Shown: piece after piece, positions 25,553 to 38,097 of the stretch | Numbering within the stretch: the first letter of the stretch is position 1 | How the letters are laid out: every line of letters begins with the position of its first letter | Source of the DNA: Tubulanus polymorphus | Lineage: Eukaryota; Animalia; Nemertea | NCBI RefSeq assembly: GCF_964204645.1 | Contig: NC_134034.1 | Location: 7,166,914 to 7,230,913 of the forward strand | Reading direction: 5' to 3' | Length of the DNA stretch: 64,000 nt | Translations under genes and position numbers: made by a program | The notes under the pieces: model-generated | Told to the model about the DNA's origin: nothing | The model's input: only the letters and a program-made list of their open reading frames with translations | Database searches by the model: none

Positions 25553-26006
25553 TTATATAATAAAAAAATTAATAATTTATTAATTATTATTATTATTAAT
25601 TTATCTTGTTCTTCAACTGTTATATGACCATTTAAACTTATTATATAATCTAGTGTATTCTTCAATTTATTAATTTCTTTTATATTAGTTTTAATTTTTT
25701 CTTTATTACTTTTTATATTTAATTTTGAACTTATACCGGTTAAAACACTTGAACTTAATCCTAATACACCAATTGATATAGCTAAAGGTGTTAATGGACT
25801 GAATATTGCTAGAAATGTTATTACAGAACTAATTGTAACCGAACCACTGATAATCAAATAATATATAATTTTACTTTTTAAATATTTTTTCTTTTTAACT
25901 TTAAGTCACTTTCAAATTCTAATATTTGTTTTTCTAAATATATTTTTAATTTAGTTTTATTTATATCATGAGGAATAATATCAATATTATCAACTTTATC
26001 TTCCAT
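25546..26006 (-). pseudogene. Small Maverick membrane protein (homologue of 1265-1690)
   Basis: ORF 25546-25857 plus a frameshifted 5' part. Confidence 0.65.
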
Positions 26007-26021
26007 TTATTTAGAAAAAAA

Positions 26022-26345
26022 TTACTAATTAGTAAATTTATATGCTACAAATATAACAATAACAGTTCCGCCTAAACTCATTGCATCATCAACTGATTGA
26101 AAATCTATATGTGAAATCTTCTAATTGAAATCATATAATTCCTGCTTAATATAATCCATATAGTTTTGCCTCTTTTCTCTATATTCTTCCGCTGCTTTAT
26201 TGTATTTCTCTAATGCTAAGTTATGTCTTTTTTGTTTTGTTAATGATCCATTTTTATCAATATGTTTAAATAAATATCCACCACCAGTAAATGCTAAAGC
26301 GTTAACAATTGCCGATCCTATAATAGTTATAACTGCAGAAGCCAT
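26022..26345 (-). pseudogene. Small Maverick protein (homologue of 1708-2133), internally deleted
   Basis: MASAVITIIGSAIVNALAFTGGGYLF...RHNLALEKY. Confidence 0.65.
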
Positions 26346-26361
26346 TTATTTAGTAAAATAA

Positions 26362-26591
26362 TTATGCATTTATATAGGAGGAATATATTTTTGTTTTTCT
26401 AAATAATCAATAGTTAAATTAGATAAAGTAACTGCTTATGTTAATTTTAAAATATCATTGATATCAAATCTATCAACATTAACACTTCCCATTTTGAATA
26501 CCTTTTTTAATACCATTGAATAACCAACAGTTCCAACTGATAGTAATGCGCCATTATATAATCCAGTTATTATCCACTTATTATCACTCAT
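26362..26591 (-). pseudogene. Small Maverick protein (homologue of 2150-2380)
   Basis: Manual translation, one internal stop. Confidence 0.55.
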
Positions 26592-26948
26592 TTATTTATC
26601 AAAAAAATTACTATCATCAAAATATTTAGTTATCTTATTTATGATTAATTCAACATTTATTTCATTACTAGTTTCATTTGTATATATTTCAATTATTATT
26701 TTTTCAATATCATCGATGATATAATCTTCATCTAATTCATAAAATCTTAAATATTCTCTAATTAAATTAGTAATCTTTTCTACATTTAAAGTTTCTTTAT
26801 CTATTGTTGTTTCATACTCAAATGTTGTTTCATTAGAAAATGTAATATTTTTAATATGTGTAATTACATCATTAACGTTAAATTTCATTTCTTTCTCACG
26901 TTTAAAATCAAATCCAAAACATATACTCGGTCCAATAGTTATATTCAT
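26592..26948 (-). CDS. Maverick hypothetical acidic protein
   Basis: 118-aa ORF, TAAATG start, homologue at 2381-2754. Confidence 0.6.
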   Translation of the reverse strand: MNITIGPSICFGFDFKREKEMKFNVNDVITHIKNITFSNETTFEYETTIDKETLNVEKITNLIREYLRFYELDEDYIIDDIEKIIIEIYTNETSNEINVELIINKITKYFDDSNFFDK

Positions 26949-26964
26949 TTATATAATGAAAAAA

Positions 26965-27663
26965 TTACTCTCTACATCTTATAACTAATTCATAAATTAC
27001 AGGAAAGTTATTCAAATCAATTAAATAACCATTATGATTTCTTATTTCTAATTTAAAGTTATTAAATTTAGGAATGCAAGGTTTAAAATCACATTCTGTT
27101 AAATTATAATTTATTTGAGTTCCAAATTGTTTAATATTTTTTAGCGGTAAAATATTTAGTATACTAGAATTACAAATTGTATCTTTAGTTGCTTCGAATG
27201 TTTTTGTAGGCTCGATTAAATTGCAATAAATATAGAAGTGCGTAAAAGGTATTATATTTGGCGTAGTATCAACATTTGAATAAACTTTATTTGGATTAAC
27301 CCCTAGCATTTTAGCTAATGGTTTTCTTACTATGAATTTATATTGTTCATTAGTTAACTTTATTCTTATTTTATTAGTACTATCATTTTTATTAATGTTA
27401 AACCCAACAGATTCACCCACTTTTAACCGAGGTCTTCTATTAATTTCTTGTGCTAATGTATCTAAATTATATAATCCTGGTCTTAGAAATAGATGATACC
27501 ATTTATCCATATTTCTATCATGAATTATATAAACTTATATTTACTAATTTTAAATCTACACAATTCTAAATTCTCTATCTAATTGAACTAGTAAATTATG
27601 AGATTTATAATTTGTAAGTCTTCTAGAATCAACAAATATTCTGTATTCTTTTTATTCCGCCAT
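26965..27663 (-). pseudogene. Minor capsid (penton-like) protein, internal deletion
   Basis: Homologous to 2772-3530; ATG at 27663, deletion near 27520. Confidence 0.75.
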
Positions 27664-27680
27664 TTATTTTACATATTTTC

Positions 27681-28035
27681 TTATTCGAAATCTATTTCAT
27701 GGTGCCCTTTTTCATTCTTACCTTTGTATACGAAATAGAAATCTCCAGAACATAATTCTTCTAGATCTTCACTTGATAATCTATGAAATCTATCTGGTAA
27801 ATATGTTCTGAATTTTGTGTATATTTCCTTTTAATCCTTCATATTCTAAGTGTATAACTAATTTATCTCCATAGTTATTAGTAACTGTATCAATATTTGT
27901 AATTAGATATTTCTTATGAATTGTTAATTCTGTTAACTTTTTGAATTTATAATCTACAGATGTTACATTTGTAGTATCTTTTATTCTATCTAGAAATAAT
28001 TTGTTGTTCTCACTGTGCGTTTGTTTACTCTCCAT
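27681..28035 (-). pseudogene. Small conserved protein downstream of pPolB (homologue of 3548-3899)
   Basis: MESKQTHSENNKLFLDRIK...; frameshift near 27815. Confidence 0.6.
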
Positions 28036-28064
28036 TTATAATACATATTTTTATTAAAATTTGA

Positions 28065-31000
28065 TTAACACGTTAGAATTCTTTTCATTATCTCGTTCTC
28101 TTTTGTTTCCTCTCTTTTAAATTTTAAGTATTCATCTAAATTACAACCATAAGCAACTGTATGAATTCCATCATCCAGAATATATCTTTTATCATCAAAT
28201 GGATTAAAACTTATCTTTTCAATTTCTTCAATAAACATTTCATGATCTTCAGATCTCAAACATCTCATCTTATGTTTTCTAACTTCTTCATTGAATATAC
28301 AATTGATGTAATCTTTGAAATGAATATTCTTTTCTACTACACTTTTGGTTATTCCTTTTAACTTTTTAGCTTCATGTTCTTTAGTTTTATATGAAAACAT
28401 TTTAGATCTAATACCGATGAATTCAATCATTTCTTCACCACCTAATTCATCTTTGAATTTACCGGGAACTTTTTTATTATCATTGCTAAACAATTCATGA
28501 TCTTTAGGATAGTAACTGAAATCAAAATGATGTTTTAATGTTTTTAAATCATCTGTTATGTTATCAGTTTTTATCTTTAATATGTAAGAATCTGTATCAA
28601 AATATAGTATTTCTATATGTTTTTCTCCAAAAAGTGGTTGTAATACATTATAATAGAATTCATACATTAGTAATTTTAATAATTCTAAAACTGAAGCGCC
28701 AACATAGATTGGTTTATTAAATTTCATTGATGTTCTTCTCATCTTAACTGCGGCTAAATTTTCATCAAATATTCTGTTACCAATGAACTTGATGTATATA
28801 GGATACTATATAGATAACTTGATGTATAGGATATGTTTGTAAATGTCTAATTCTTTTACCATTACTAACTAACTCAATATCATTTCTATTTCTAATATTT
28901 TCACAAGTCTTGCCATAGAATGCATTATTCATTAGATTGAAGAAATCTTTCTCGAAATCAGTTTTTTCTTCAGTTCTCTGTTTGGTGTTAAAATCTATAT
29001 ATTTTTCTAACCACTTAGATTGACTAAATGAAATATATCTATGTACTTTTTTTAGAACCATTCCTTGTTTTAGATAAAACTTTAACATTCTATAATGTAC
29101 TACATAATTATATTTATCTTCTTGAGTTACCATTAACTTTTCTGTATGAATATGATTTTCGGGTTTAATTCTTTTTTGATAATTCGATAATTCTTCATGA
29201 GTTACAGTTTTATGTTCGGGACAGTAAGCTAGATTTCTAGATTTAAATTTAATATGTTCAGGATATTCTAAATCTACAACAAAGAAGTAACCAGTATCTG
29301 AATCATCTGCAATATCTAGAATTCTTTTCTTCCAATCAAATTTGTTATTATTTTCATTCTGTAAAACTTCACTTATTTCAAATACTCCATAAGGTTGTGG
29401 TTCCATCATTGCCCAACCATACAAATTATTTGCATCTATATATAATAACTTATATCCAGGGTTATCATTTACATTGAAATATCTATCACCTAATACACCT
29501 GAAACTCCTCCTCTTATAGATTTTTCAAATAATAATAATTGATCTATATTTGTTAACAAATCCATTTTTATATCTGTAAATTTTAAACCACAATCCCATG
29601 TTAATCCTGGACTTGAATAACAATGACAAGGATCAATATTGAAATATTTTAGGTTTACATCTCTAAACCTTTCGAATATATCGGTTAATAATAATACATC
29701 TGATTTTAAATATAAATCAACTAATTGTCCATGATTTTTCATTCTAAAATGATTCCAAATATTCAATGTTCTATTATATACTTCATCTTTAACATATTCA
29801 TTTTTTAATTCATCATAAAATTGTTCTTTCAATAATTCAGTTATGTTAAAATCATTATGATTTTTATAAAATGAATATGGAATTGCGCCTTTATATCTCA
29901 TTAATTTAAAATCATCATTATTTGGGTAATATTCTTTTAATATTTTTAATTCATCATCAACTAATGATTTTGATAAGTTATCTAATGAACTATTTAAAAA
30001 TCTATATGAATCTATAAATCTTAGACATCCAAATTGGAATGATATATAATTCTCAGATGTTTTAGCTAACATTCTAAATTTATAAGTTGGTATTTTATCT
30101 TTTGATCTATTTGAATTTAATCTTTCTATTTCATTATTAATTTCTTCTATTTTATGGCATAACTGTTTGATGAATAAATGTGCATCATATCCTGATAGAT
30201 TATGAAATATAACTGGTACAAAATTAATTTTCTTAGCTTGTAAGTTACAATTCTCATGTGCAGCGCCTCTAAACTTTCCATTCAAAGGATCATGGTCTCT
30301 TACTTTTTTATCTTTATAATGAAATATCTTTTTACAATAATAACATTTATCTGCAAACGCAAATTCTTCTTTATCTTCTTCTGTCATTATAATTTCTATA
30401 TTTGTATTCAATAATTTACTAAATCTTATTTCATATTCAATTAATAAGTCACGAAAATGATTGATAACATTTTCATTTCTGTAATGATAATATTCACTTT
30501 TAATTACTTCTGGATAATCAGATTTAATATATAACCCGAAAGCAGGTTATATATTCCATATATTACAAATGGTACTTTATTTTTGTAATCATATTTTTTG
30601 AATTCTAATATTTTATCTTTTTCATTTGGTAAAACTAATTTACAATAATCATGATTTTCACATAATTGTTTATGATTTAATAATGTACTTTCATTACTGA
30701 ATTTATGTAAACATTTTCTACAAAGATATATTTTATGGTGATCATTTTCTGATTTAAAAAATAAATCGATTTGTTTAATCCACATATAATGATTCTCATA
30801 ATATAATATATCTATAACATCATTTGAATCATAATCTTTTGATAGATATAAAGGTTCTAATGTATAATGTTTTATATTGTTACCTTTTGTATTTGGCAAT
30901 TTGATTAAATCAAATACATTTATCTTTATATTATTATCTCTTTCTATTTTTGGGATGTTTTTAATTATAACAGGATACTTATCTATCTTATAATTATTTT

Positions 31001-32006
31001 CAAATTGTTTATAATGAGTTAATCTAAAACTATGCTGTTTATAATCTTCAACTGGGTGTAAACAACTTATAATTGTCCATAGAAAACATTTATCATCTTC
31101 ATTTTGTACATTTATTACAGCATTAGTTTTAAATTGTAGTTTAATATAACTCGATGCTTCAATATCTGGTTCTTTATAATATGATACATTATTTTCATCA
31201 ATTGGTTTTGATTTAGTTAACTTATTATATTTTGTGTTATAAACATGTTAAGTCATAAATAATATTTCATCAAATATTAAACCAGATCCTTCAAAATATT
31301 TCTCTTCTATTTTAGTTTTTACTTCATTATAACATTTATCTAATTTATCATCTATATGTTGTTTATATATAATATGTTGTGAATGAGAATTTATATTATA
31401 TATTGGTTTATCTTCAGATTTTATAAACTTTACTTTAGAAGATATACTAATTTTAGGGTATTCAACATCAGTTATAATTTTTATTATTTCTTTCATATTT
31501 TCTAAATGTTTTTTATTTTCTTCTAATGTTTTTCCTTTATGAAATTTAAACTCAATAGCTGCTGGACCAATATCACTTTTATATGCTTCGGTTATCTCTA
31601 TATCTTTTTTATTATCTAATGAATTAATATATTTTCTTACAACTTCCATGTATGGTCTTTTATTGTTTAATTTATTTTTTATGCTTTTAATTGTCTTCTG
31701 TTTCTTATCATTATCTTTATCAAAATAATCTTCGCCTAAAATATCATTATTCTTATTTCTAATATGACTTTTAGATTTTAAATGTTCATTATAATATCTT
31801 TTATCACTGAATGATTGATTACATGTATCACATTTGTATGTTTCTTTTTCATTCTTTAATTCATCTAATTTAGTTTCTAATATATCATCTTCATATTCTA
31901 ATTTCAATTTATTCTCTAAATGTATTTTAGTTTTATTGTGTCGTGCTTTTTGGGATTTATCTATATTGATATTACATGTTGGACAGTAGTACTTATTTGC
32001 TTCCAT
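28065..32006 (-). pseudogene. pPolB, copy C; disrupted by stops, a small insertion and a deletion
   Basis: ORFs 31248-32006, 30504-30899, 28777-30411 and 28065-28742 with YIDANNLYGWAM, LMNNAFYGKT, YFDTDS. Confidence 0.95.
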
Positions 32007-32029
32007 TTTAATACTAAATTTTTTATTAA

Positions 32030-32417
32030 AATTGATTTTAGAAGTTCAATGATTTATATCATGTATTATTTCAATCACACTTTACTAACACTTTTAATGT
32101 TTAAAAATCTAACTCACACAAATATGAATATTGAAATAATGTTGTAAATATATACTTTTATATTGAATAATCTGTCAATTTAAATGTTATTCATGTATAT
32201 GATTATTTTAAGAGTAATAGGGGTAATGGGCTTTCAGGTTAAAGGTTGAATGGTCGAGTTCATTAAAAACAAATATTAAAAGTAATTTAAAACTATAATA
32301 TATTTTCATAACCGTGTGTATTTCAGTTGAATAATAGAATGATTATTATTATTAAAATATATTTGATTATATGAATTTGTGTATTGTAAATAAATCAATT
32401 GGTCGCGGAGCGGAGCG
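32030..32417. repeat. Right TIR of segment C, truncated at the apex of the terminal hairpin
   Basis: Reverse complement of ~12120-12512; ends in GGTCGCGGAGCGGAGCG. Confidence 0.85.
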
Positions 32418-32996
32418 AGTTTTAGAAATATCAAAGTTATTAATGGTTGAATTCTATTATAACATATAACAACCTCATTTTGGAGAAAAGCATATAGAAA
32501 TCTTATATTTTGATACTGACAGTTACATATTAAAGATAATAACATAACTGATGATTTAAAAACATTAAAACATCATTTTGATTTCAGTAATTATCCTAAA
32601 ACTCATGAATTGTTTAACAATGATAATAAAAAAGTTCCTGGGAAGTTTAAGGATGAATTAGGTGGTGAAGAAATGATAGAGTTCATAGGAATTAGATCTA
32701 AAATGTATAGTTATAAAACTCAAACTCATGAATCTAAGAAATTGGAAGGAATTACCAAAAGCGTAGTAGAAAAAAATATTCATTTCAAAGATTACATCAA
32801 TTGTATATTCAATGAAGAAGTTAGAAAACACAAGATGAAATGTTTAAGATCTGAAGATCATGAAATGTTTATTGAAGAGATAGAAAAGGTTAGTTTGAAC
32901 CCATTTGAAGATAAAAGATGTATTTTAGATAAAGGAATTCTTGCAGTCGCGTATGGTTGCAATTTAGATGAATACTTAAAATTTAAAAGTATATAA
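32418..32996 (+). pseudogene. pPolB C-terminal fragment in inverted orientation
   Basis: VLEISKLLM...YFDTDS...GKFKDELGG...EYLKFKSI*. Confidence 0.9.
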
Positions 32997-33019
32997 TTTA
33001 GTAAAAATATGTATAATAA

Positions 33020-33677
33020 ATGGAGCCAAAACAATCACAAACTATCAATATTACAAATAACACTGGTGTTATAAATATATACTACAAGAAATGTTCTAAA
33101 TGTGAATTAAATCAATTAGCTATAACAGAATTTAGTAAGCGAAAGATTAGCAAAGATTGTTTTCAATATTGCTGCAAAACTTGTATTAAACTATATACCA
33201 AGCAATATCGAGCAGGTAATAGAGATCAATTTAATGATTATTTGACAGAATATATGAGAGGAAGATATAAAACAGATCTTAATTTTAAAATGAAACAATA
33301 TTTACGGTCTAGATTAACACAATTATTCATCAAAGAAACGCATTCAGAAACACTATCTAATTTGTTGGGTTGTTCAGATGAATTTCTCAAATCATGGATA
33401 ATATATCAATTCGATGATAAAATGAATATAAATAATTATGGAAATTATTTTCATATTGATCATGTGTTACCAATATCTAAATTTAACATGAAGAATGAAT
33501 ACAAAAAAAACTAATTTGGAATTGGAAGAATCTAAGACGTCTTGAAAAGAAAGAAAATAAAATTAAACATGACAAACTAGATTTACAGTTATATTTAAAA
33601 CAGTTAAGAAAGGCAAAGAAATTTATTGATCAATGGAATAATTATCCAAATAATGAACAATACGTTGAGTCTTTAAT
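33020..33677 (+). pseudogene. HNH endonuclease, copy D (frameshift in an A-run near 33510)
   Basis: NYGNYFHIDHVLPISKF; homologue of 12534-13214. Confidence 0.75.
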
Positions 33678-33931
33678 AAGTGGTTAAAGATAAATATATC
33701 TCAAATAAAAAATATTAAAAATTATATACCTTCAACTAGCCATTATTTCTATTATATTTCTTCAAAAATCTAATATTTCTTTTCAAAAAGAGAATACTTT
33801 AAATTTTGAATAGATTTGAATAGAAATTCTTTGACTTTAACTAACCTAGTCAATTTAGTATAAACCCAAAGAGATACTAGTATCATTTGAAGAAAACTTA
33901 TAATATTTTTCTTGCTTTTTTTCTAATATAA

Positions 33932-34533
33932 ATGTCAAAGAAATCGAGTAAGAATATACCGATATTGGAAAAACATTAGATGATTTGGGCATTAGTGATA
34001 ATAAGGATATTCCAACCAAAATGGAAAATGATATTGATTGTAATATTGATTATGAATACTACTTATATTGTAAGCACCATCTTGAATTACTAATTGCCGG
34101 AGGGAAATCTAAGGATTTCTTGGGGAAAATTTTAACTTTTCAAGAACTAGACTCTATGAAACCAGATAAAGTAATAAAACATTTCAAAATATATGAAGAA
34201 GCTAGATTGGCCCGAATAAATGATTCTATTTCTGATGGTATTATAAAATGTTATTCTAAATTATGTAACCAGTTAATACCAATTGATGATAAAAATAAAT
34301 TATATAGTGATTTAAAAAATGACTACTTAGTTATGACTGAATTACGAAAATGGGTTGGATATGCTTCATTTCAATTAGGTGAAATAATGACATTGATTTC
34401 TACTGGAGTTATAACATTTTCTAACATCAAACCTATAGTATGTAAAGATAAAAGTAATTCAGAAGATGGTGCAATACGGCACCCACACTGTGATATTGAA
34501 TCAGAACAAAAATTAACTAAAATAAATGAGTGA
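33932..34533 (+). pseudogene. Conserved Maverick hypothetical protein, copy D (5' frameshift)
   Basis: Homologue of 13520-14128. Confidence 0.65.
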
Positions 34534-34887
34534 TAGTGTTAAGAAAAAGACTAGATCCGAGAAACAAATTAAATGGGCAAGGGAATTAGGTAAAAGATCT
34601 CCAGAATTAAAAAAAGCTAAGAAAAAGAAATTAACTGATATAAATGAATCACAGAAATTATCTGATATTAATTCAAATAACAATCAATCTGATTCTTCTA
34701 ATAGTGGAAGAAATAATTAATTATATATTACAATTGGGTTAATCACAATTATTATATTCTCCGGTGTAATATATAAATCTAAATTCAAATCTAATAATAA
34801 CGATTCTGATGATAAACCTATTATACAAGAAAATAAGTCAAATGATAAAATCATTGAAACTAAATCTAAATTATTATTTATGGATTA
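34526..34887 (+). pseudogene. Small basic TM protein, copy D (premature stop)
   Basis: Homologue of 14121-14480. Confidence 0.6.
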
Positions 34888-34894
34888 AAATAAG

Positions 34895-35785
34895 ATGAAA
34901 AAGAACAATATTTAAGAGATTTATATTATAACCCAGAGAGTGAAGTATCATATTCTAGCGTTTCAGAATTATGGGATAAAATTAAATCTGATAATGAAAA
35001 TATAAAATATAGTGAACTAAGATTATGGTTACAAAATCAACCAACATATTAATCCATAAGAAAATGGATAAGAATTATTTAACAAGAAAAGTTATGGTTT
35101 CATATATCGATCAACAATGGCAAGCAGATTTAATTGACATGAAGAACTTTGTACGAGTAGTAGAACGATGTAGAGTATTTTTCAACACATTCAGATAAAA
35201 AAGCATCTATTATAGAAAGATTTAATAAAACATTGAAATCTAGAATGTGGAAATATTTTACTGCTAATGAAACATATAAATATATCGATGTGTTAGATGA
35301 TTTAGTGAAAGGTTATAATAATTCTAAACATAGTTCTATAAATATGAAACCTATACAAGCTAGAAAAGAAGATAATTCAGAAATAGTATGGAATAATTTA
35401 TATGGAGCGTTTGTTATACATGATGTCGGAGAACCTAAATTTAAAATTGGACAACACGTTAGAATATCTAAATATCGAAAAACATTTTATAAAGGTTATA
35501 CTCCTAATCTTACTGAAGAAATATTCAAGATTAACAAAGATAATATTAACTAAACCTTTTGTTTATAAATTAGAAGATTTAAAAGATGAAGAAATATTAG
35601 GTTATTTCTATGAACAAGAATTATCGCTTGTACCGAACCCAGATGAAATAGAATACAAAATAGAAGAAGTATTGAAAACAAAAACTCTTAAAGGAAAAAA
35701 GTATTCTTTGGTGAAATATAAAGGGTATGATGATTAATTTAATGAATGGATTTTATCTAGTAAAATTAAAAGAATAAATGAATAA
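34895..35785 (+). pseudogene. Integrase-chromodomain, copy D (catalytic core partly deleted)
   Basis: QWQADLIDM jumps almost directly to YFSTHSDKKASIIERFNKTLK. Confidence 0.85.
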
Positions 35786-36397
35786 AGATTTATTTATATT
35801 TGAACCGCATAATATGTTAGTTACTGGGGTAACCAACTGTGGTAAAACACATTTCATATTAGACAGATATATTATTGTTAGAAACTATTTATAAGAATCA
35901 TTTTGATAATATAATATTATTCTGTCCTACTTATGAAATGAATAAAACATATTATAGAGATATAGTTAAGATAAAAAAGTTTATTATATTAGATCCTAAA
36001 ACAGTAAAAGAAAATTTAGATAATTGTAAAAAAATAGCAATTGATATTTATAAAGGATCAAATACATTATTCATTATAGATGATTGCGCATTTACATGAT
36101 TCAAAAGTTAGAGAAAGAGAGTTATGTTATCTAGCTTTCTCTGGGAGACATTTTGGGATAACAACATGGGTTTTTAATCAAAAATATAATTCAATTGTTA
36201 AAGACTTTAGGGGGAATATAAGATTTCTAGTTTTGTTTTATAACAAAGATAGAAAATCTATGCTACAATCATTGGAAGAAAATCAAATTATACTTACTGA
36301 ATTACCTGATGAATATATGAATAAATTAAAGCATAGTAAAGGTTCAAAATTATTACTGAGGCTTAAATTTCCATATTGATATAAGTTTATAAAATAA
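35778..36397 (+). pseudogene. Packaging ATPase, copy D (frameshifted)
   Basis: GVTNCGKT Walker A, IIDDCA Walker B, SGRHFGITTWVFNQKY. Confidence 0.88.
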
Positions 36398-36629
36398 GGT
36401 ATTTTAAGCATTTATGTATTAGATACGTATTAGATACATATTAGATACATATTAGATACCTTAATACTTAAAACCCCCTTTTTTGAAATAAATATTATTT
36501 ATACAATTTTCAACCAATTTATTTTTATTTTTTCAACTAATATATGAATAAGTTTGAAAATAATAAAGGTTATTTATTATTACTGATGTTTCAATATAAA
36601 TTTCAAAAAAATAATATGATTTTACATAT

Positions 36630-36964
36630 TTTATTCGAAATCTATTTCATGGTGCCCTTTTTCATTCTTACCTTTTACCACATAATTCTTCTAAATCTTC
36701 ACTTGATAATCTATGAAATCAATCTGGTAAATATGTTCTGAATTTATATGTATTTTCTTTTAATCCTTCTTATTCTAAGTGGATAACTAATCTACTACCA
36801 TATTTGTTAGTAACTGTATCAATATTTGTAATTAAATATTTCTTACGAATTGTTAATTCTGTTAACTTCTTAAATTTATAATCTACAGATTTTACATTTG
36901 TGATATCTTTAATTCTATCTAGAAATGATTTGTTGTTCTCACTGTGTACTTGTTTACTCTCCGT
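36630..36964 (-). pseudogene. Third copy of the small conserved (OB-fold-like) gene
   Basis: Homologous to 3548-3899; start codon mutated to ACG. Confidence 0.6.
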
Positions 36965-37025
36965 TTTAATGACATATTTTTCATTAAAAAATAAATTTTA
37001 GAAGTTATTAGATGAATATTTTAAG

Positions 37026-37177
37026 AGTAATAGGGAATAAGTTGTTCTAGATTAAAGGTTGAGAGGTTGAGTGAGTAGAAAATGAAAAATAAATTCGAGT
37101 GTGCGAGAATTTATTTTTCATTTTTTATGAACTCGACCTTTCGACCTTTGATCTAGAACAACTTATTCCCTATTACT
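37026..37177. repeat. Terminal hairpin of segment D
   Basis: AGTAATAGGGAATAAGTTGTTCTAGAT...ATCTAGAACAACTTATTCCCTATTACT, loop GAGTGTGCGA. Confidence 0.85.
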
Positions 37178-37489
37178 ATTGTGTTAGAAAATAAGTTTGA
37201 AAGTGTTGTATTTGTTGTTCTTTGATTAATCTGATTAACTGTATTAAACTGCAACATTTATATTTTCGTTGCCGACTTCACGGTGTGTTTATTACTATGA
37301 TCACATGATCACGTGAGTGTCACGGTATGCTGAATAGGGCTGAAACTGTTTTTGAAATACCGTTAGTATGAAAGAGACACGCAAGTTGTCACGACGTATC
37401 CTGTATATATAGCTGTAAATAAATATATTCTATCGTTGAAACTTGAGTCAGTTCCTCGTTCAATTGGACACCAAGGAATTCCCGACAGT

Positions 37490-37975
37490 ATATATCTGAT
37501 GATTCTGATATATTTGATAATTCTGATCCAGAGTTTCGTGTTGATAATGAGAAATTTGTGAAAAGATACAATCATTTGGATTCATTGATTACACAATTAC
37601 GGAATAGATGGAAAGGTGAATATGTGTTAAGTTAACGTGAGTTTCATCGTACTACGGGCCATAATTGTTGTGATATTAAGGTCGGTTCAGTAGTTCAAAT
37701 TCACGATAGCGATCCTCGTTTAAACTGGCGTCTAGGTGTAGTTACTGAATAACATCGAGGAAACGATGGCCACGTGAGATCCGCATCTCTAAAAACATCA
37801 ACCGGATCTACGAATAGAGCTATTAGTTGTTTGTATCCGTTAGAGGTTTGCGCGAAGGATCCGGTAATAAGTTCTTCAGTGAGTGATGTTCCAGTATCAA
37901 CACGTCCGAAGAGAGCTGCGGCAGTTGCAGCAGAAGCAAAAATTCGTCAACTTTCGCGCCGGGCGAAGCAGTCGG
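37490..37975 (+). pseudogene. Bel/Pao LTR retrotransposon 3' pol fragment (DUF5641-like)
   Basis: RNRWKGEYVLS*REFH...IKVGSVVQIHDSDPRLNWRLGVVTE*HRGNDGHVRSASLKT...RAISCLYPLEV...RPKRAAA. Confidence 0.85.
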
Positions 37976-38097
37976 ATGATGATTTCTTGCGCTCTTGAAA
38001 TATTTATAATACTTGCTGTTTAAATCGAATTTAATTATCGTATGTATATCTGTATTTTCATTTGAGGTAAACTTGAATGATGTAAGAAAATGAAATT

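Larger units (their letters stand above)
22132..32417 (-). mobile_element. Maverick segment C (right arm: MCP 5' part to pPolB and TIR), probably the other half of element B
   Basis: Same gene order as A; its TIR is nearly identical to the B TIR in inverted orientation. Confidence 0.9.
32418..37180 (+). mobile_element. Maverick segment D (pPolB 3' fragment, HNH, two hypothetical ORFs, integrase, ATPase, convergent small gene, short terminal hairpin)
   Basis: Homology to B genes; terminal hairpin 37026-37177. Confidence 0.85.

Noticed and set aside
37180-37380. Bel/Pao LTR starting TGTGTTAG
   Set aside because: No second LTR copy or primer-binding site is visible to confirm it.
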